Notes: generated by a model from the letters alone, not told the origin. Counted from the stretch's first letter, positions 28,285 to 39,300 are shown. The stretch: 64,000 bases of DNA from Nitrospinaceae bacterium (GCA_965237905.1 OZ250172.1:1792001-1856000), one strand, 5' to 3'. Numbers and translations: made by a program.

Positions 28285-29925
28285 TTATTTACCCTTTTGC
28301 GCAACGAGGAGGTAGCGGGTGGAGGGGCAGGTATCGGCTTTGTCGCCGATGGGTTGGAGAGTCACGGCATCATAGATATCCACTTTGCCTTTGAACGCTT
28401 TTGCGAATTCCTGACGCAAACGCCACATCGGCGGCAGGAATCTCAAATGCTTGCCTTCGTTGGTGATCAGTAACCGGTCGTTGTTGCGGCTGACGTTCAA
28501 AATCTCGCTCTGCTGGAACGTTCGGTTGCCTTCCTCGATCAGCACTGGATTGCGCAGGGAGATAACGTTGCCCGTCTTCGACCGGATCACGTGCGGATAC
28601 GTCCGGATGTGGTCCGGTGTGATGAAGTCGCCGAAAAAGTATCCGCCGGGCTTGGTGATTTGCGCCGTGACCGCCAACGCCTCGTCCAACTGCTCCGGCG
28701 ACAAATACTGAAACACGTTCAGCCCGCAGTAAGTGACGTCCCAGGTCTGATCGCCCAATGCCAGTATGTCTTCCGCCTTGGCGGTGATGCGGCGCGACGC
28801 CACCTGCACCATCGCCTCCGATTTGTCGATACCCAACAGGCGATCGCCCGGCACCCCCAGCTGTTTGATTAAATATTCCTCCACAATACCGGTACCGCAA
28901 CCGATGGACAGAAACTTCACCTTGTCCCGTTCGATCTTATATTTTTCAAAAACGAATTTTAAATACTCAGCGATGAACTCATCGAGGCAGGGCTGGCCGA
29001 TGACGTCGTCGTACAACTCGGCGTAGGTGTAAAACGGATCGCCCTGGTCGTCGGGAAAGAGTAACGCCTTCTGCACCTTGGCGGCGGCGATGAGTTCGTT
29101 GCGCAGTAACCGCCAGTAGCCCATGTCCGTCATGTGGCCGGATTTCTGATCGACGTGCGGGAACAGATCGTTTACAAATCTCTGCCAGTTGGACGTGTCA
29201 CACAATTTCTGGACAAGCTCCTGGTCGCGTTGTTCCAGATCGGCGGGTAACTCCATGTGGCGTTGGACGCGGTCGATGCGGTTTTTCAGTTCGATGACGT
29301 TGCGGAGCCATGTCAGGTAATCGGGATGCGGTCCCGGCTCGCGGCGTTTGATCTGGTTCTCCGGCATGGCGAAGAACACCCCGCCGTCGGTGCGCTGTAT
29401 GGTGTTTTCTTCGAGGTCGAAAATACGCGCGTCCGCGGTGACGCCGCCTTTGGAGCGGCCGTAACAACCGTACATGTGAAAGCTCATGAAATTTGTGTTG
29501 GACGGATTGCCCAGCTGATGCACCAGTTGATTCCCCACCGACATCACCTCGCCCGGTTTCACCTCGGCACGCGACAGGGTGGTGATGTCGCCGTCCTGCA
29601 CCAGGAACACCGAGTGCTCCGCCGGACCGAACACCTGCACCGCGCCCCACTCGGTATAGCCGTGATCGTGAATGGCGGAAAAATCCCCCGGCGTCCACGA
29701 CATGACCATCATTTCGAAATAGCCGCCGTCAAAAACCAGTTTGCGTCCATAGCTGTCGCGGATGGGGTGTTCGAGTTCGGACCAGGGTTCCAGGTCCTCC
29801 GTCTGCAGGTTGGCCGAAAGCAGGAGTTCGCGCGCCTTACGCGGAGTGAGGTCCTTCGCCTCCTCCAGCATGCGGATCAAATCCTGGATGGCAAACGGCA
29901 AACGATGTTTGTTCATGGCCGCCAT
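28285..29925 (-). CDS. cysteine dioxygenase-like cupin fused to a class I SAM methyltransferase
   Basis: YGRKL, WTPGDFSAIHDH, VHQLGN and SFHMY; C-terminal SIGCGTG and GIDKSEAM. Confidence 0.8.
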   Translation of the reverse strand: MAAMNKHRLPFAIQDLIRMLEEAKDLTPRKARELLLSANLQTEDLEPWSELEHPIRDSYGRKLVFDGGYFEMMVMSWTPGDFSAIHDHGYTEWGAVQVFGPAEHSVFLVQDGDITTLSRAEVKPGEVMSVGNQLVHQLGNPSNTNFMSFHMYGCYGRSKGGVTADARIFDLEENTIQRTDGGVFFAMPENQIKRREPGPHPDYLTWLRNVIELKNRIDRVQRHMELPADLEQRDQELVQKLCDTSNWQRFVNDLFPHVDQKSGHMTDMGYWRLLRNELIAAAKVQKALLFPDDQGDPFYTYAELYDDVIGQPCLDEFIAEYLKFVFEKYKIERDKVKFLSIGCGTGIVEEYLIKQLGVPGDRLLGIDKSEAMVQVASRRITAKAEDILALGDQTWDVTYCGLNVFQYLSPEQLDEALAVTAQITKPGGYFFGDFITPDHIRTYPHVIRSKTGNVISLRNPVLIEEGNRTFQQSEILNVSRNNDRLLITNEGKHLRFLPPMWRLRQEFAKAFKGKVDIYDAVTLQPIGDKADTCPSTRYLLVAQKGK

Positions 29926-30076
29926 GATGTTCCTATGTTGAATGGAGGAATCGGATGTTCTTCGAAAAACGCTACCTTAATAATATAGAGCAGAAATTTT
30001 GAATTTTTGGGAGAAATTGTACTCTTAGATCAAAAACTTCAATGATTTTAAAGCTTTGCGGGAGGTTGGGCCAGAC

Positions 30077-31300
30077 TTATTTCATCTTGTACTTGTCGAC
30101 AAATTTAAAATTCTGCCGGTTGTGGACGGGGTAGACGGTGAACAGCGGCGTGTTGTACGGGACCACGGCGGTGTCGGTGCCGGGGTTGAGCGTCAGGTGG
30201 ATGTTGACGAAGTTGAAGCTGAGTCCCTCCTGCCAGGGTTCCTTGGTGGACTCGGCATAAGCCGGAATCTTGTCGGACGCGTGACTGCGGGTCATCAGGC
30301 CGGAGCCGCCCTGCAGGCCGTACTCGTACAAATCCGGTGCGCCGGTCACCAGCACGGAGACCTGCGCCGAGTCGAACCATACTTTAAAATTCGAGACGAT
30401 TTGAACGTATGTGCCAAGGGTTCCCAGCCGTTCCAGCACGGTTGCGGGATACGCGTATTCCGGCGGCACGTTCGGCTTGTCGCCCTGAAATTTGAAATCC
30501 TTCTCCTTCACGCGGGAGAACGATACGAACAAAATGTTGGGATCGTCCAAGGCTACGTCCAGCACCTGCCCGTCCTGATAGCTGATCAGCTTATCCATCT
30601 CGTAGGCCAGCGGGAACGAGTAACCAAACTTGGTGTAGAAGATACGCGAGCCCGCGTCCAGCGGGTCGTCCGGCTTTTTGCTGATCTTGAGGTCGAACGG
30701 CAGCATCATGTGGAACGCGTTGGTGCGCGAATTCATGAACGGCGCGCAGGCGCCGGGAAACTCGCGGTGCACGCTCTTGTTGTCCGGCTCGAACTTGCGC
30801 GGTCCGCCGGTGAAGTTCTGGGCAGTCTTGGCCTGTTTGGTGAGGCTGAATTTGTTCTGGTAATACTCCGAGGCGCGCTTCTGGGCGACGTCCAGAAAAT
30901 AGTCGGGGATATCGGTCTGGACGACGAGTTGCTGGACCTCCGTCGTGTCACTGCGCGGCGCAGGACGCATGGCGTCGTTGTAAATTGCCAATTCCGATTC
31001 GGTTTTCTTGATGTCGTAATCCAGTTGCCGCGAAAGATCCGTGTTCGAGTAGCGCGTCTGGGAGAGCAGGGCCTTGGTCTTCTGGAGCATCTCCAGTTTC
31101 TGGCTGAAGCGTTTCGGCTCGTCCGCCAACGATTGCACCGTCGCCATCAACAGGCCGAACTGTTCCTCCGGTTCGAGGCCGATGCCGCCCAAGTCGTTGT
31201 CCTTGATGAAGGCCAGGGCCATCGGGCCGAACGCCTCTTCCCCGCGGATGTTCAGGGTCAACAAATAATTGAGATAGGAACGCGCTTCTTTGAGATCCAA
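30077..31300 (-). CDS. hypothetical protein; C-terminal half resembles DUF6065/dUTPase-like beta proteins
   Basis: GGAGG RBS; CAPF...LPFDL and NTPLFTVYPV; GC3-biased codons favour this strand. Confidence 0.7.
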   Translation of the reverse strand: MDLKEARSYLNYLLTLNIRGEEAFGPMALAFIKDNDLGGIGLEPEEQFGLLMATVQSLADEPKRFSQKLEMLQKTKALLSQTRYSNTDLSRQLDYDIKKTESELAIYNDAMRPAPRSDTTEVQQLVVQTDIPDYFLDVAQKRASEYYQNKFSLTKQAKTAQNFTGGPRKFEPDNKSVHREFPGACAPFMNSRTNAFHMMLPFDLKISKKPDDPLDAGSRIFYTKFGYSFPLAYEMDKLISYQDGQVLDVALDDPNILFVSFSRVKEKDFKFQGDKPNVPPEYAYPATVLERLGTLGTYVQIVSNFKVWFDSAQVSVLVTGAPDLYEYGLQGGSGLMTRSHASDKIPAYAESTKEPWQEGLSFNFVNIHLTLNPGTDTAVVPYNTPLFTVYPVHNRQNFKFVDKYKMK

Positions 31301-31432
31301 AACGGCCTCCCGGGCCAGTTAACCATTTAAAATACAGGGTTTATGGGATGGAGCATTATGGACTTTCGTCTGCTGGAGTGCAAGATTTTTCTGATCCGAT
31401 GGGAGTGAAGCGGACAAGATGAAAAGATAGGA

Positions 31433-31664
31433 TTTACCGCAGAGGGCGCAGAGTCCGCAGAGAAATCTTTAAGCAGACAGGTCCTCCCAAACAGGTGATA
31501 ACCATCAACGTCTTGGAGGAACGAATAACGGGATGACAGGATGCACAGGATTTCAAAAATCTCCTCTCCCCTCATGGGGAGAGGATTAAGGTGAGGGGTG
31601 GAGTTTTGTAGTTGCTCGATTTATCGAGCATTTTTGAAGGGAGCCCTATAAATGAGGTAACTAC
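31433..31664. repeat. cluster of four different short repeat or palindrome types
   Basis: CGCAGAG x3; ACRGGAT x3; CTCTCCCC-TCAT-GGGGAGAG; GTAG...CTAC inverted doublet at 31608-31664. Confidence 0.7.
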
Positions 31665-31706
31665 AAATCAAGCCCTTATGTAAAGGTCTCGGTGAAAAGA
31701 GGTGGG

Positions 31707-32690
31707 TCATCTGAGTTCCTTAAATATGCGGATCAACTCGTCGAGGGCTTCGGAATCGGTCACACGGAACAACTGCTCGACCTGCTTGAGCAATTCGTCC
31801 CGGCTGGAAAAATTCAGTTCGATTTTGAACTGGTCGTTCTCGAAATTCTCCGGCGTGCGCAATTTGATTTTGCCGTCGAACTTCATTTGGTCGATGGCCC
31901 GGTAAACCTGCTTCTGGAGGTCGGTGAGCACCGGGTAGCGCCACAGGCGCAGTTGCTTATGCACAGCCTCGTATTTTTCGTTGATGGGCAGGTCGGCATT
32001 ATTCAGCGGCGTTTGGATTTCTTTTCTGTTCAAGATTTCATGCGGCGATGTGCTTTCTTTCACCGCCGTCTCGTCGGTCAACTCCAACAGCTCACGGCAT
32101 TTGTTGACGCCGGGGCGCAGTGTGTCCAGCAGGGTTTTGGCGGCGGCCCGGCTGTCTGCATCCCAGCGAAACAATATTGAAAACACCCGGAGCGGCAGGT
32201 TCAGGCCATGGATCAGGGCGCTCAGACTTTCGGAAAACGTGGCGCACTGGTTGAGATCCGCAAACAGTTTTTTACTGCGCTCCAGATCGAGGAGGGGCAG
32301 GTATTGCTTGATAATGTCCGCCTCCGGGATTCCGGCTTCCTTCAGTTTGTGGACGGTCCATCCTTTTTCGATGTCACTGTAGGTCCGATGCCCCCGGTTC
32401 TCCAAGAGGTTCTGTTTCAGCATCGCGGCGGGCGCGGGTGCATCTTCGAGTATCAAAGCAGGCACAGTCTCCAGCTTCAGCAGGCGCGCGCACTCGACGC
32501 GACGATGACCGCACACGATCTGGTAATGCTTGCCGTGGGGGGCCAGCAGAACCGGATGGGTGATCCCCAGTTCCCTAATGGAATGCACCAGCGTTTCGGG
32601 AGGCGGGTCCATGGAGAATTGCGTGAGGCTTTCCTCCCCGATGTCCGTCAACGGAATCCACTGGATTTGATTTTTGGATGTTGCGGTCAT
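31707..32690 (-). CDS. ParB/Sulfiredoxin N-terminal domain protein
   Basis: SIRELGITHPV, IVCGHRR and LLEN. Confidence 0.8.
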   Translation of the reverse strand: MTATSKNQIQWIPLTDIGEESLTQFSMDPPPETLVHSIRELGITHPVLLAPHGKHYQIVCGHRRVECARLLKLETVPALILEDAPAPAAMLKQNLLENRGHRTYSDIEKGWTVHKLKEAGIPEADIIKQYLPLLDLERSKKLFADLNQCATFSESLSALIHGLNLPLRVFSILFRWDADSRAAAKTLLDTLRPGVNKCRELLELTDETAVKESTSPHEILNRKEIQTPLNNADLPINEKYEAVHKQLRLWRYPVLTDLQKQVYRAIDQMKFDGKIKLRTPENFENDQFKIELNFSSRDELLKQVEQLFRVTDSEALDELIRIFKELR

Positions 32691-32767
32691 GAGAGTGTAT
32701 AGTTCAGGCGTTCAACGCTTTGGTTTTAGACAGGATCAGGGGACATCTTATGGTCTTTGGAAAAAAA

Positions 32768-33634
32768 ATGCTATTTAGAAAACTGGTCATTATTCTGGGA
32801 TGCGCGGTGTTTTTAACCGCCTGCGATCCGCCACCGCCGGAGGGGATGGTGCTGGTGCCTGCCGGGTATTTCCTTATGGGGACGGACGAGTTCGATGACG
32901 CAGGTCACGCGCTATCCCTCGGACTCGACAAACCCTGGTACGCCGACGAGTCGCCGCAGAGACGCCTGCACCTGCCCGATTTCTATATCGACAAATATGA
33001 AGTGACCAATCAGCAATATTACATTTTCACGCAGGCGACCGATCACAAGCCGCCGCGGTCCTGGCGCGGGCAGAAATATCCCGAGGGCTGGGAGAACCTG
33101 CCGGTCACCGACGTCACGTTTTTCGATGCCAACGCCTATGCCAAGTGGGCGGGCAAGCGCCTGCCCACAGAGCAGGAATGGGAGAAGGCCGCGCGCGGGC
33201 CCAATGATTTTCGGTATCCGTGGGGCACCGAGTTCGATTTTTCGAAAGCCAACCTCAGCCGGTCGCCGATGGCCAAAAGGGGTCAGGGACTCCAACCCGT
33301 CGGCTCATTTCCGCAGGGGGCCAGTCCGTATGGGGCGGAGGACATGATCGGCAACGTGTGGGAATGGGTGTGGGATTACTACCAGCCGTATCCCGGGAAC
33401 ATCTGGCAGGCCGAACATTATCGGGGCAAACGGGTGGTGGTGCGCGGCATGTCGTTTCTCGGCGTCGGCCATTTTCCAAAGAAGCAATACACCAAAGTGA
33501 TGGCGCTCAAATCGCGTGTCTCCTACCGGCAGAAAATGAAACCCATTGCACACGCCATCGACGTCGGCTTCCGCTGCGCCCAGGACAAACCCAGCCTGTA
33601 TCAACGGTGGTTCGAGAAAAAAGAAGGTAAGTGA
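32768..33634 (+). CDS. FGE-sulfatase (SUMF1/EgtB/PvdO family) lipoprotein
   Basis: Lipobox LTAC; YEVTN, RLPTEQEWEKAARG, GNVWEW and GFRC. Confidence 0.88.
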   Translation: MLFRKLVIILGCAVFLTACDPPPPEGMVLVPAGYFLMGTDEFDDAGHALSLGLDKPWYADESPQRRLHLPDFYIDKYEVTNQQYYIFTQATDHKPPRSWRGQKYPEGWENLPVTDVTFFDANAYAKWAGKRLPTEQEWEKAARGPNDFRYPWGTEFDFSKANLSRSPMAKRGQGLQPVGSFPQGASPYGAEDMIGNVWEWVWDYYQPYPGNIWQAEHYRGKRVVVRGMSFLGVGHFPKKQYTKVMALKSRVSYRQKMKPIAHAIDVGFRCAQDKPSLYQRWFEKKEGK

Positions 33635-33680
33635 ATTTGTTCTCGAGCGCTACGGGGTCCAGCGTCACGCAGGTGGAAGG

Positions 33681-34760
33681 TTATTTCCCTGTCAGTTTCA
33701 CTAGGTCAGGATGGAAATAGAAATGATTTTTCCCCATCCAGAAGTCCTTGAGCAATTGGGCATCTCTGAGTTCGGCCAAATGCCGGCTTGCGGTTTGATG
33801 ATGGATGCCTAGCGCACGCCCAAATTTAGCAGGATTCGTTACCAGATTGGAAAATAGGTGGTTCGTGACTTCCTCCGCTTTCATTTTGCTGTGGTTGTCT
33901 CTAATGGCTTTTTTTAGTTCCTTGTAGACGAGCATCATCTCAAGCAGTTTATGTTCTGTCTTAAGGGCTTGGAGTTCAAAACCCTCCAACATAAATAATA
34001 TAAAATGTTCCCAATTCCTGTTGCGGGTGACATCCAGTAAATTCTTATAATAATCTGAGCGGCGTTTGTTTAAAAATCCGCTGATGTAAAGTACGGGATG
34101 CTCTAGAAGCCCTTCTTGAACCAGTTGCAATACCAGAAGGATTCGGCCGGTTCTGCCGTTGCCATCCATGAAGGGGTGAATGGCTTCAAACTGATAGTGG
34201 GCCAGCGCGCACCGGATGAGAGGGTCAAGGGGAGGGGTCGCGTCTGTTGCGTTCACAAAGTTTTCCCAATTCTGTAACAGCTGGTTGATTTCTGTTGCTG
34301 GAGGGGGTGTATAAATGACTTCCTCTGTCCTTTGGTTCATGATGGCGTTCTGTTGTTTCCGGTAACCCGACGAACTGGGAATCAGTTTTTTGTGGATACC
34401 CTGGATCAACCGTGTAGATATGGAGTATTGCTTAAGGTTTGCCATCCCCCAATACATAGCTTCCCGGTATCTCAAAACTTCCTTATCGGGACCTTTGACC
34501 TCCGATTCTGGCAAAACCTGACCTTCCAAAACACTTTCCACCGTCGTGACAATGTCTTCGATACGGGAACTCTCCACAGATTCCTTGGTCATTGCCAATG
34601 ACATTAAAAGCATCGGATTGGGAACACTGGCGCAATATCCATTTAATTCTCCAGTTTGCCGACTTGCTTTAACCAAAGCTTTGAGGATGGAAGCGGTTTC
34701 AAGGTCCTCCCTGGGGGGCAGAGGGGGTACTTCAAAAGGTTCAGCTGAATTGTAGGGCAT
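33681..34760 (-). CDS. Fic family protein (N-terminal Fic_N, C-terminal wHTH-like)
   Basis: Canonical HPFMDGNGRTGR; inhibitory-type SSRIE motif. Confidence 0.92.
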   Translation of the reverse strand: MPYNSAEPFEVPPLPPREDLETASILKALVKASRQTGELNGYCASVPNPMLLMSLAMTKESVESSRIEDIVTTVESVLEGQVLPESEVKGPDKEVLRYREAMYWGMANLKQYSISTRLIQGIHKKLIPSSSGYRKQQNAIMNQRTEEVIYTPPPATEINQLLQNWENFVNATDATPPLDPLIRCALAHYQFEAIHPFMDGNGRTGRILLVLQLVQEGLLEHPVLYISGFLNKRRSDYYKNLLDVTRNRNWEHFILFMLEGFELQALKTEHKLLEMMLVYKELKKAIRDNHSKMKAEEVTNHLFSNLVTNPAKFGRALGIHHQTASRHLAELRDAQLLKDFWMGKNHFYFHPDLVKLTGK

Positions 34761-35003
34761 ATGATTACCTGAATGGAAAATTGCGATATTTGAAATTAAT
34801 ATATCGAAAAATATTAGATTTATCTACATATATATATTATATATCGAAAAAATTGATAAATTTCACTATATAATTGCGGTATAGTGAAATAAGGGCGTAA
34901 TTTGTAAACACAATATAACTATCTAATTTTAAAGGGGTATATCATTTAAGAGGAAAGGATTTCCCCAGCAAGCCGGGCTAGGCGGGGAATAAATGCAGGA
35001 AAT

Positions 35004-36164
35004 TCATTTTCCTGTGATTTTGTAGACCACGCCGAGGGAATCGTCGGACAGGTAGAGGTCGCCTGCGGGTGACAGTTGCACATCCACCGGGCGGCCCTGT
35101 TTACTGCCGTCGGGCAATAGCCAGCCGGTGATGAAGTCTTCGTGCGACTGGATTTCGCCTTTGCCGTTGAGGACGACGCGCACGACTTTGTACCCGGCGG
35201 GGACGGAGCGGTTCCACGATCCGTGAAAGGAAATGAACAGGCTATTATTGTATTTTTCAGGAAGGTTGCCCTTCTGATAAAACTCGAGGCCGAGGGGTGC
35301 CTGGTGAGCGGTGAAGGTATAAGCCGGAGGCTCGGTTTTGGTGCAGTCGTACTGGCCGCCGAAATCGGGGTCCGGGGTCCGGTTTTCCCAGCAGTACGGC
35401 CAGCCGTAATGTTTGCCCTGCTTGATGATATTGAGTTCTTCCCTGGGATGATCGTCCCCCAGCCAGTCGCGGCCGTTGTTGACGCCCCACAAATCGCCGG
35501 AATAAGGTGAGAACTCGATGCCCACCGAGTTGCGCAGTCCCGCCGCGAACAATTTTCCATTCTTACCATCAAGATCGTATTGCCAGACAGCGGCGCGAAG
35601 CGGGGTGTCCTCGAGGCACACATTGCAAGACGAGCCGATTGAGACGTACATCTTCTTGCTCTTTATTTTAATGGTGCGTGTGGAATGGCCGCCGCTGGGG
35701 ATGCCCCGAACCAGCACCTCGGGTTTTCCGTAAGTGAAGGGCTTGGCGGTGCGTTTGAGGCGGACCACCTGATCCTCCTCCGCCACGTACAGGTAGTAAC
35801 CGGAATCCAGTTGCGCGAACGCCAGGCCGTGCGGCACGTCGCGGTTATCGAGTATGGGAATGACGGCATCGGCTATGCCGTCTTGATTGTCATCGGGCAG
35901 GGCGACCACTGCGCCGTCGCGTGCCCGGCTCAGGAACAGGATGCCCTGATCGTCGAACGCCATGTGCCGGGCCTTGGGGACCTTGTCGGCGAACACGGTG
36001 AGGCGGACACCGTCCGGGACATTCAACTTCAAATCAGACGCATTCCCCGCCCAGCCGCAACCGGGCGCGATAAAAAGCATCCAAATCAACCAGACGCCCA
36101 CACCCCTTCGGGTGCGGACCGGGATGCTTCGGAAACTGGAATTTTGCAGGCGCTCAAGGTTCAT
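35004..36164 (-). CDS. PQQ-dependent sugar/sorbosone dehydrogenase family protein
   Basis: GSSCNVC, GLRN, YGWPYC, HGSWNR and GRPVD; GGAGG RBS. Confidence 0.9.
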   Translation of the reverse strand: MNLERLQNSSFRSIPVRTRRGVGVWLIWMLFIAPGCGWAGNASDLKLNVPDGVRLTVFADKVPKARHMAFDDQGILFLSRARDGAVVALPDDNQDGIADAVIPILDNRDVPHGLAFAQLDSGYYLYVAEEDQVVRLKRTAKPFTYGKPEVLVRGIPSGGHSTRTIKIKSKKMYVSIGSSCNVCLEDTPLRAAVWQYDLDGKNGKLFAAGLRNSVGIEFSPYSGDLWGVNNGRDWLGDDHPREELNIIKQGKHYGWPYCWENRTPDPDFGGQYDCTKTEPPAYTFTAHQAPLGLEFYQKGNLPEKYNNSLFISFHGSWNRSVPAGYKVVRVVLNGKGEIQSHEDFITGWLLPDGSKQGRPVDVQLSPAGDLYLSDDSLGVVYKITGK

Positions 36165-36355
36165 AGTGAATCCTCCCCGGTTTCGTGTTATTTCTTGAAG
36201 ATGCGGAGATGCATTCCCCCCGCATATTTTATATAATAGATGGCATGACGCGAGAATAATATTCCTACCCACATGCTCCTTACCCGTAAATCGTTGAATC
36301 CAAAGGTAAGAAAGCCCTCGTCGGCGGTGCGGTCGCGGGCCTGAATTGAAACCAG

Positions 36356-39300
36356 ATGAACTTTGAAGACGCTTTAAAAAATCATATTCTTATTTTGGAC
36401 GGCGCCATGGGCACCATGGTGCAGGCGCTGGACGTGACCGACGCCACCTTCGGCGGGTCGCTGTTCCGCATGCTGACGGATTTGCTCGTGTTCGCCCGGC
36501 CGGATGAATTGGAGGATATCCATTTTCAGTATCTGCAGGCGGGCGCGAACATTATCGAGACCAACACCTTCGGCGCGTCGCCTTTGCGCCTCAAGGAATT
36601 CGACTGGGCGAAGATCGACACCTCGGACATGCACACGGTTCCCGAAGGATTGACGCTGATGGGCGGCCACCTGGAAACCATCGCCCATCATCTGAACGTC
36701 GAAGGCTGTCGCCTGGCACGCAAGGCGGTGGAGCGTTACAAAAGCCTGCCGGAGTATGATGGGCGTCCCTTGTTCGTCGCCGGGTCCATCGGTCCGTCCA
36801 ACAATGTGTTGTCGAGCACTCAGGCCAATTTGCAGAAGACAACCTTCGATGTGATCGTCGACAACAACCGGGTGCAGGTGGAAGGGTTGATCGACGGCGG
36901 GGCGGACGTATTGTTGTTCGAAACCCAGCAGGACATTCTGGAACTCAAGGCCTCGATCATCGGCGCCAACCGTGCCTTCGATAAAAAAGGCAAGCGCTTG
37001 CCGATCATCGCGCAGGTAACGGTCGACACCTTCTCCAAAATGCAGATTTTCAATACCGATATTCACGCGGCGTATACCGCCGTCGCGGGCATGGGCATCA
37101 GCGTGTTCGGCATCAACTGCAACGTCGGTCCGGCGGAAATGGCAACCACGGTGAAGCATCTCAGCCATTTCTGCAAGCATCCCATATCGATCGTGCCCAA
37201 CGCCGGTCAGCCCGTCTCCGAAGACGGCGTTACCTGTTACAAGCTGGAGCCGGAAGCGATGGGCGAGATCATGGAGCCGTTCGTTAAAGAGTACGGCGTG
37301 TCCATCATAGGCGGTTGTTGCGGCACGCGGCCGGATCATATCCGGGTTCTGCGCGACAAGTTCAAGGACGCTAAACCTCTCCAGCGGGAAACCGATCCAC
37401 ATGTTTACATCTCCGGACCGCAGGAGGTCGCGGCGTTGGACAGTTCCGAGGGACTGGTCCGCATCGGCGAAATGCTCAATGTGCGCGGCAGTAAAAAAGT
37501 ACGCGACGCAGTGGAGACCGAGGACGGCGTGCGGATGGAGGTGCTGGAGGAAGTAGCGCATGCACAGGTCGACGATCTCGGCATTGAAGTCATCGACGTG
37601 TGCCTGGACAGCAATATCGTCGAGACTGAGAAAGTTCTGCCGGAAGTGATTCACGGCGTGACCAGCGATTTCAAAGGCGCGATGTGTATCGACTCGTTTT
37701 CGGTGGAGGCCCTGGAGAAGGGGCTGGAAGTTTACCCCGGACGGCCGATCGTCAATTCCATCAGCCTGGAAGAATACGCGCCCGGCGTGAGCAAGCTCGA
37801 TGCGGTGTTGAAGATGAGCCACGAACATCACCCGATTTACATCGCGCTGGTGAACGGACCGGAGGGTCCTGCCATCACCGCCGATGAAAAATACAATCTG
37901 GCGGCGGAGATCGTCAAACAGGCGGGAGAGAAATACGGGGTGACGCCCGATCAGATTTTGATCGACATCAACGCTTATCCCATCGGCAGTGAGTCGCAGG
38001 AAGGGATGAATTTCAGCAAAGAAGCGTTGGACAGTCTGCCGCGCATCAAGGCGATTCATCCGGATTTGAAAACCAGCATCGGCGTCGGCAACCTGACGGC
38101 GGGCCTCGGGCAGAAGCCATACATGCGGAAGGTGCTGACCAGTGTGTTCCTCGACGAGGCGCGGCAGAGAGGGCTGGACTGCGCCATTCTCAATCCCAAC
38201 CATTATGTTCCGGTGGAAAGCCTGCCGCCGGAGGATGTGGATTTGGGCCGCAAGATCATCCTCGATCACGACATGGATGCGTTCGAACGCCTCGAAGCGG
38301 TGGCGGTCAAAAAGAAAACCGGCGCCGTCGCCAAAAAACACAACTACGCCGACCTGTCGCTGGAAGAAAGCATCTGCCTCAAGATCATGGACGGTTACAA
38401 GGAGAAGACCGTCGGGACGCTGGAGAGAGACGGCTGGACCTATGAATACAAGGACCAGATCGTCCTGCAAGCCGCCGAGGCCCTGGACAAACACGAGCCG
38501 TTGGATTTCATCAGCAATTACTTGATGAAGTCCATGCGGGAGTTGGGCGATGGATTCGGACGCGGCGAAGTGAGCCTGCCGCATCTGCTCAAAAGCGCAG
38601 ACGTCATGCGCAACGTCATGGGGTTTCTGGAGGCGTGGATGCGCCACACCAGCGGCGTCGAGCCGGGCGCGGCCATCGACTACAAGGGCGTGGTGGTTAT
38701 CGGCACCGTCTATCAGGACGTGCACAGTATTGGCAAAGATCTCGCCAAAACACTGCTTGATAATTACGGGTACCGGACCATCGACCTCGGCGTGCAGGTG
38801 CCTCTGGAAAAATTTATCGAAACCGCCCGGGCGGAAAACGCCGATGCCATCGGCCTGAGCGCTCTGTTGGTGCAGACCTCGAATCATATGATCACCATCG
38901 CGCGCATGCTGAAGGAAGAGGACTACAGTATTCCTGTATTGATCGGCGGCGCACCCGTCAACGACCGTCACGCCGGGTATGTGGCGATGTTCGGGCAGGA
39001 CGACACCGGGCACATTTTATCCAACGTATTTTACTGCGAAAGCGGCATGGACGGCGTCAACACCATGAACGCGTTGATGGACCGTGGTCAACTGGAGGAA
39101 TTGCTGTCCGCCAACCGGGAAAAACTGAAGCGCAATTACGAACGTGCCAAGGGGATGGCGGAGAACAAGGAAAAACTGTTGGCGACCCTGGACCGCCGCA
39201 AGGTGAGTTTCAAAAAACACGAGGTGATGCAAAACGGTTACGGCGTTCACAAGGTGGAATTCAAGCTGGACAAGCTGAAGAACATGATCGATTCCAAAAG

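Noticed and set aside
30056..31330. 424-aa plus-strand ORF
   Set aside because: Shadow of the minus-strand gene, which has an RBS and normal protein composition.
32768..33634. EgtB/OvoA sulfoxide synthase
   Set aside because: No DinB-like HxxxHxE iron domain; it is an exported lipoprotein with only the FGE fold.
36230..36355. Cobalamin, SAM or SAH riboswitch before metH
   Set aside because: Short divergent spacer with only a weak GC hairpin; no conserved aptamer motifs recognised.
36374..39013. 879-aa antisense ORF
   Set aside because: In-register shadow of GC3-biased metH with no recognisable motifs.
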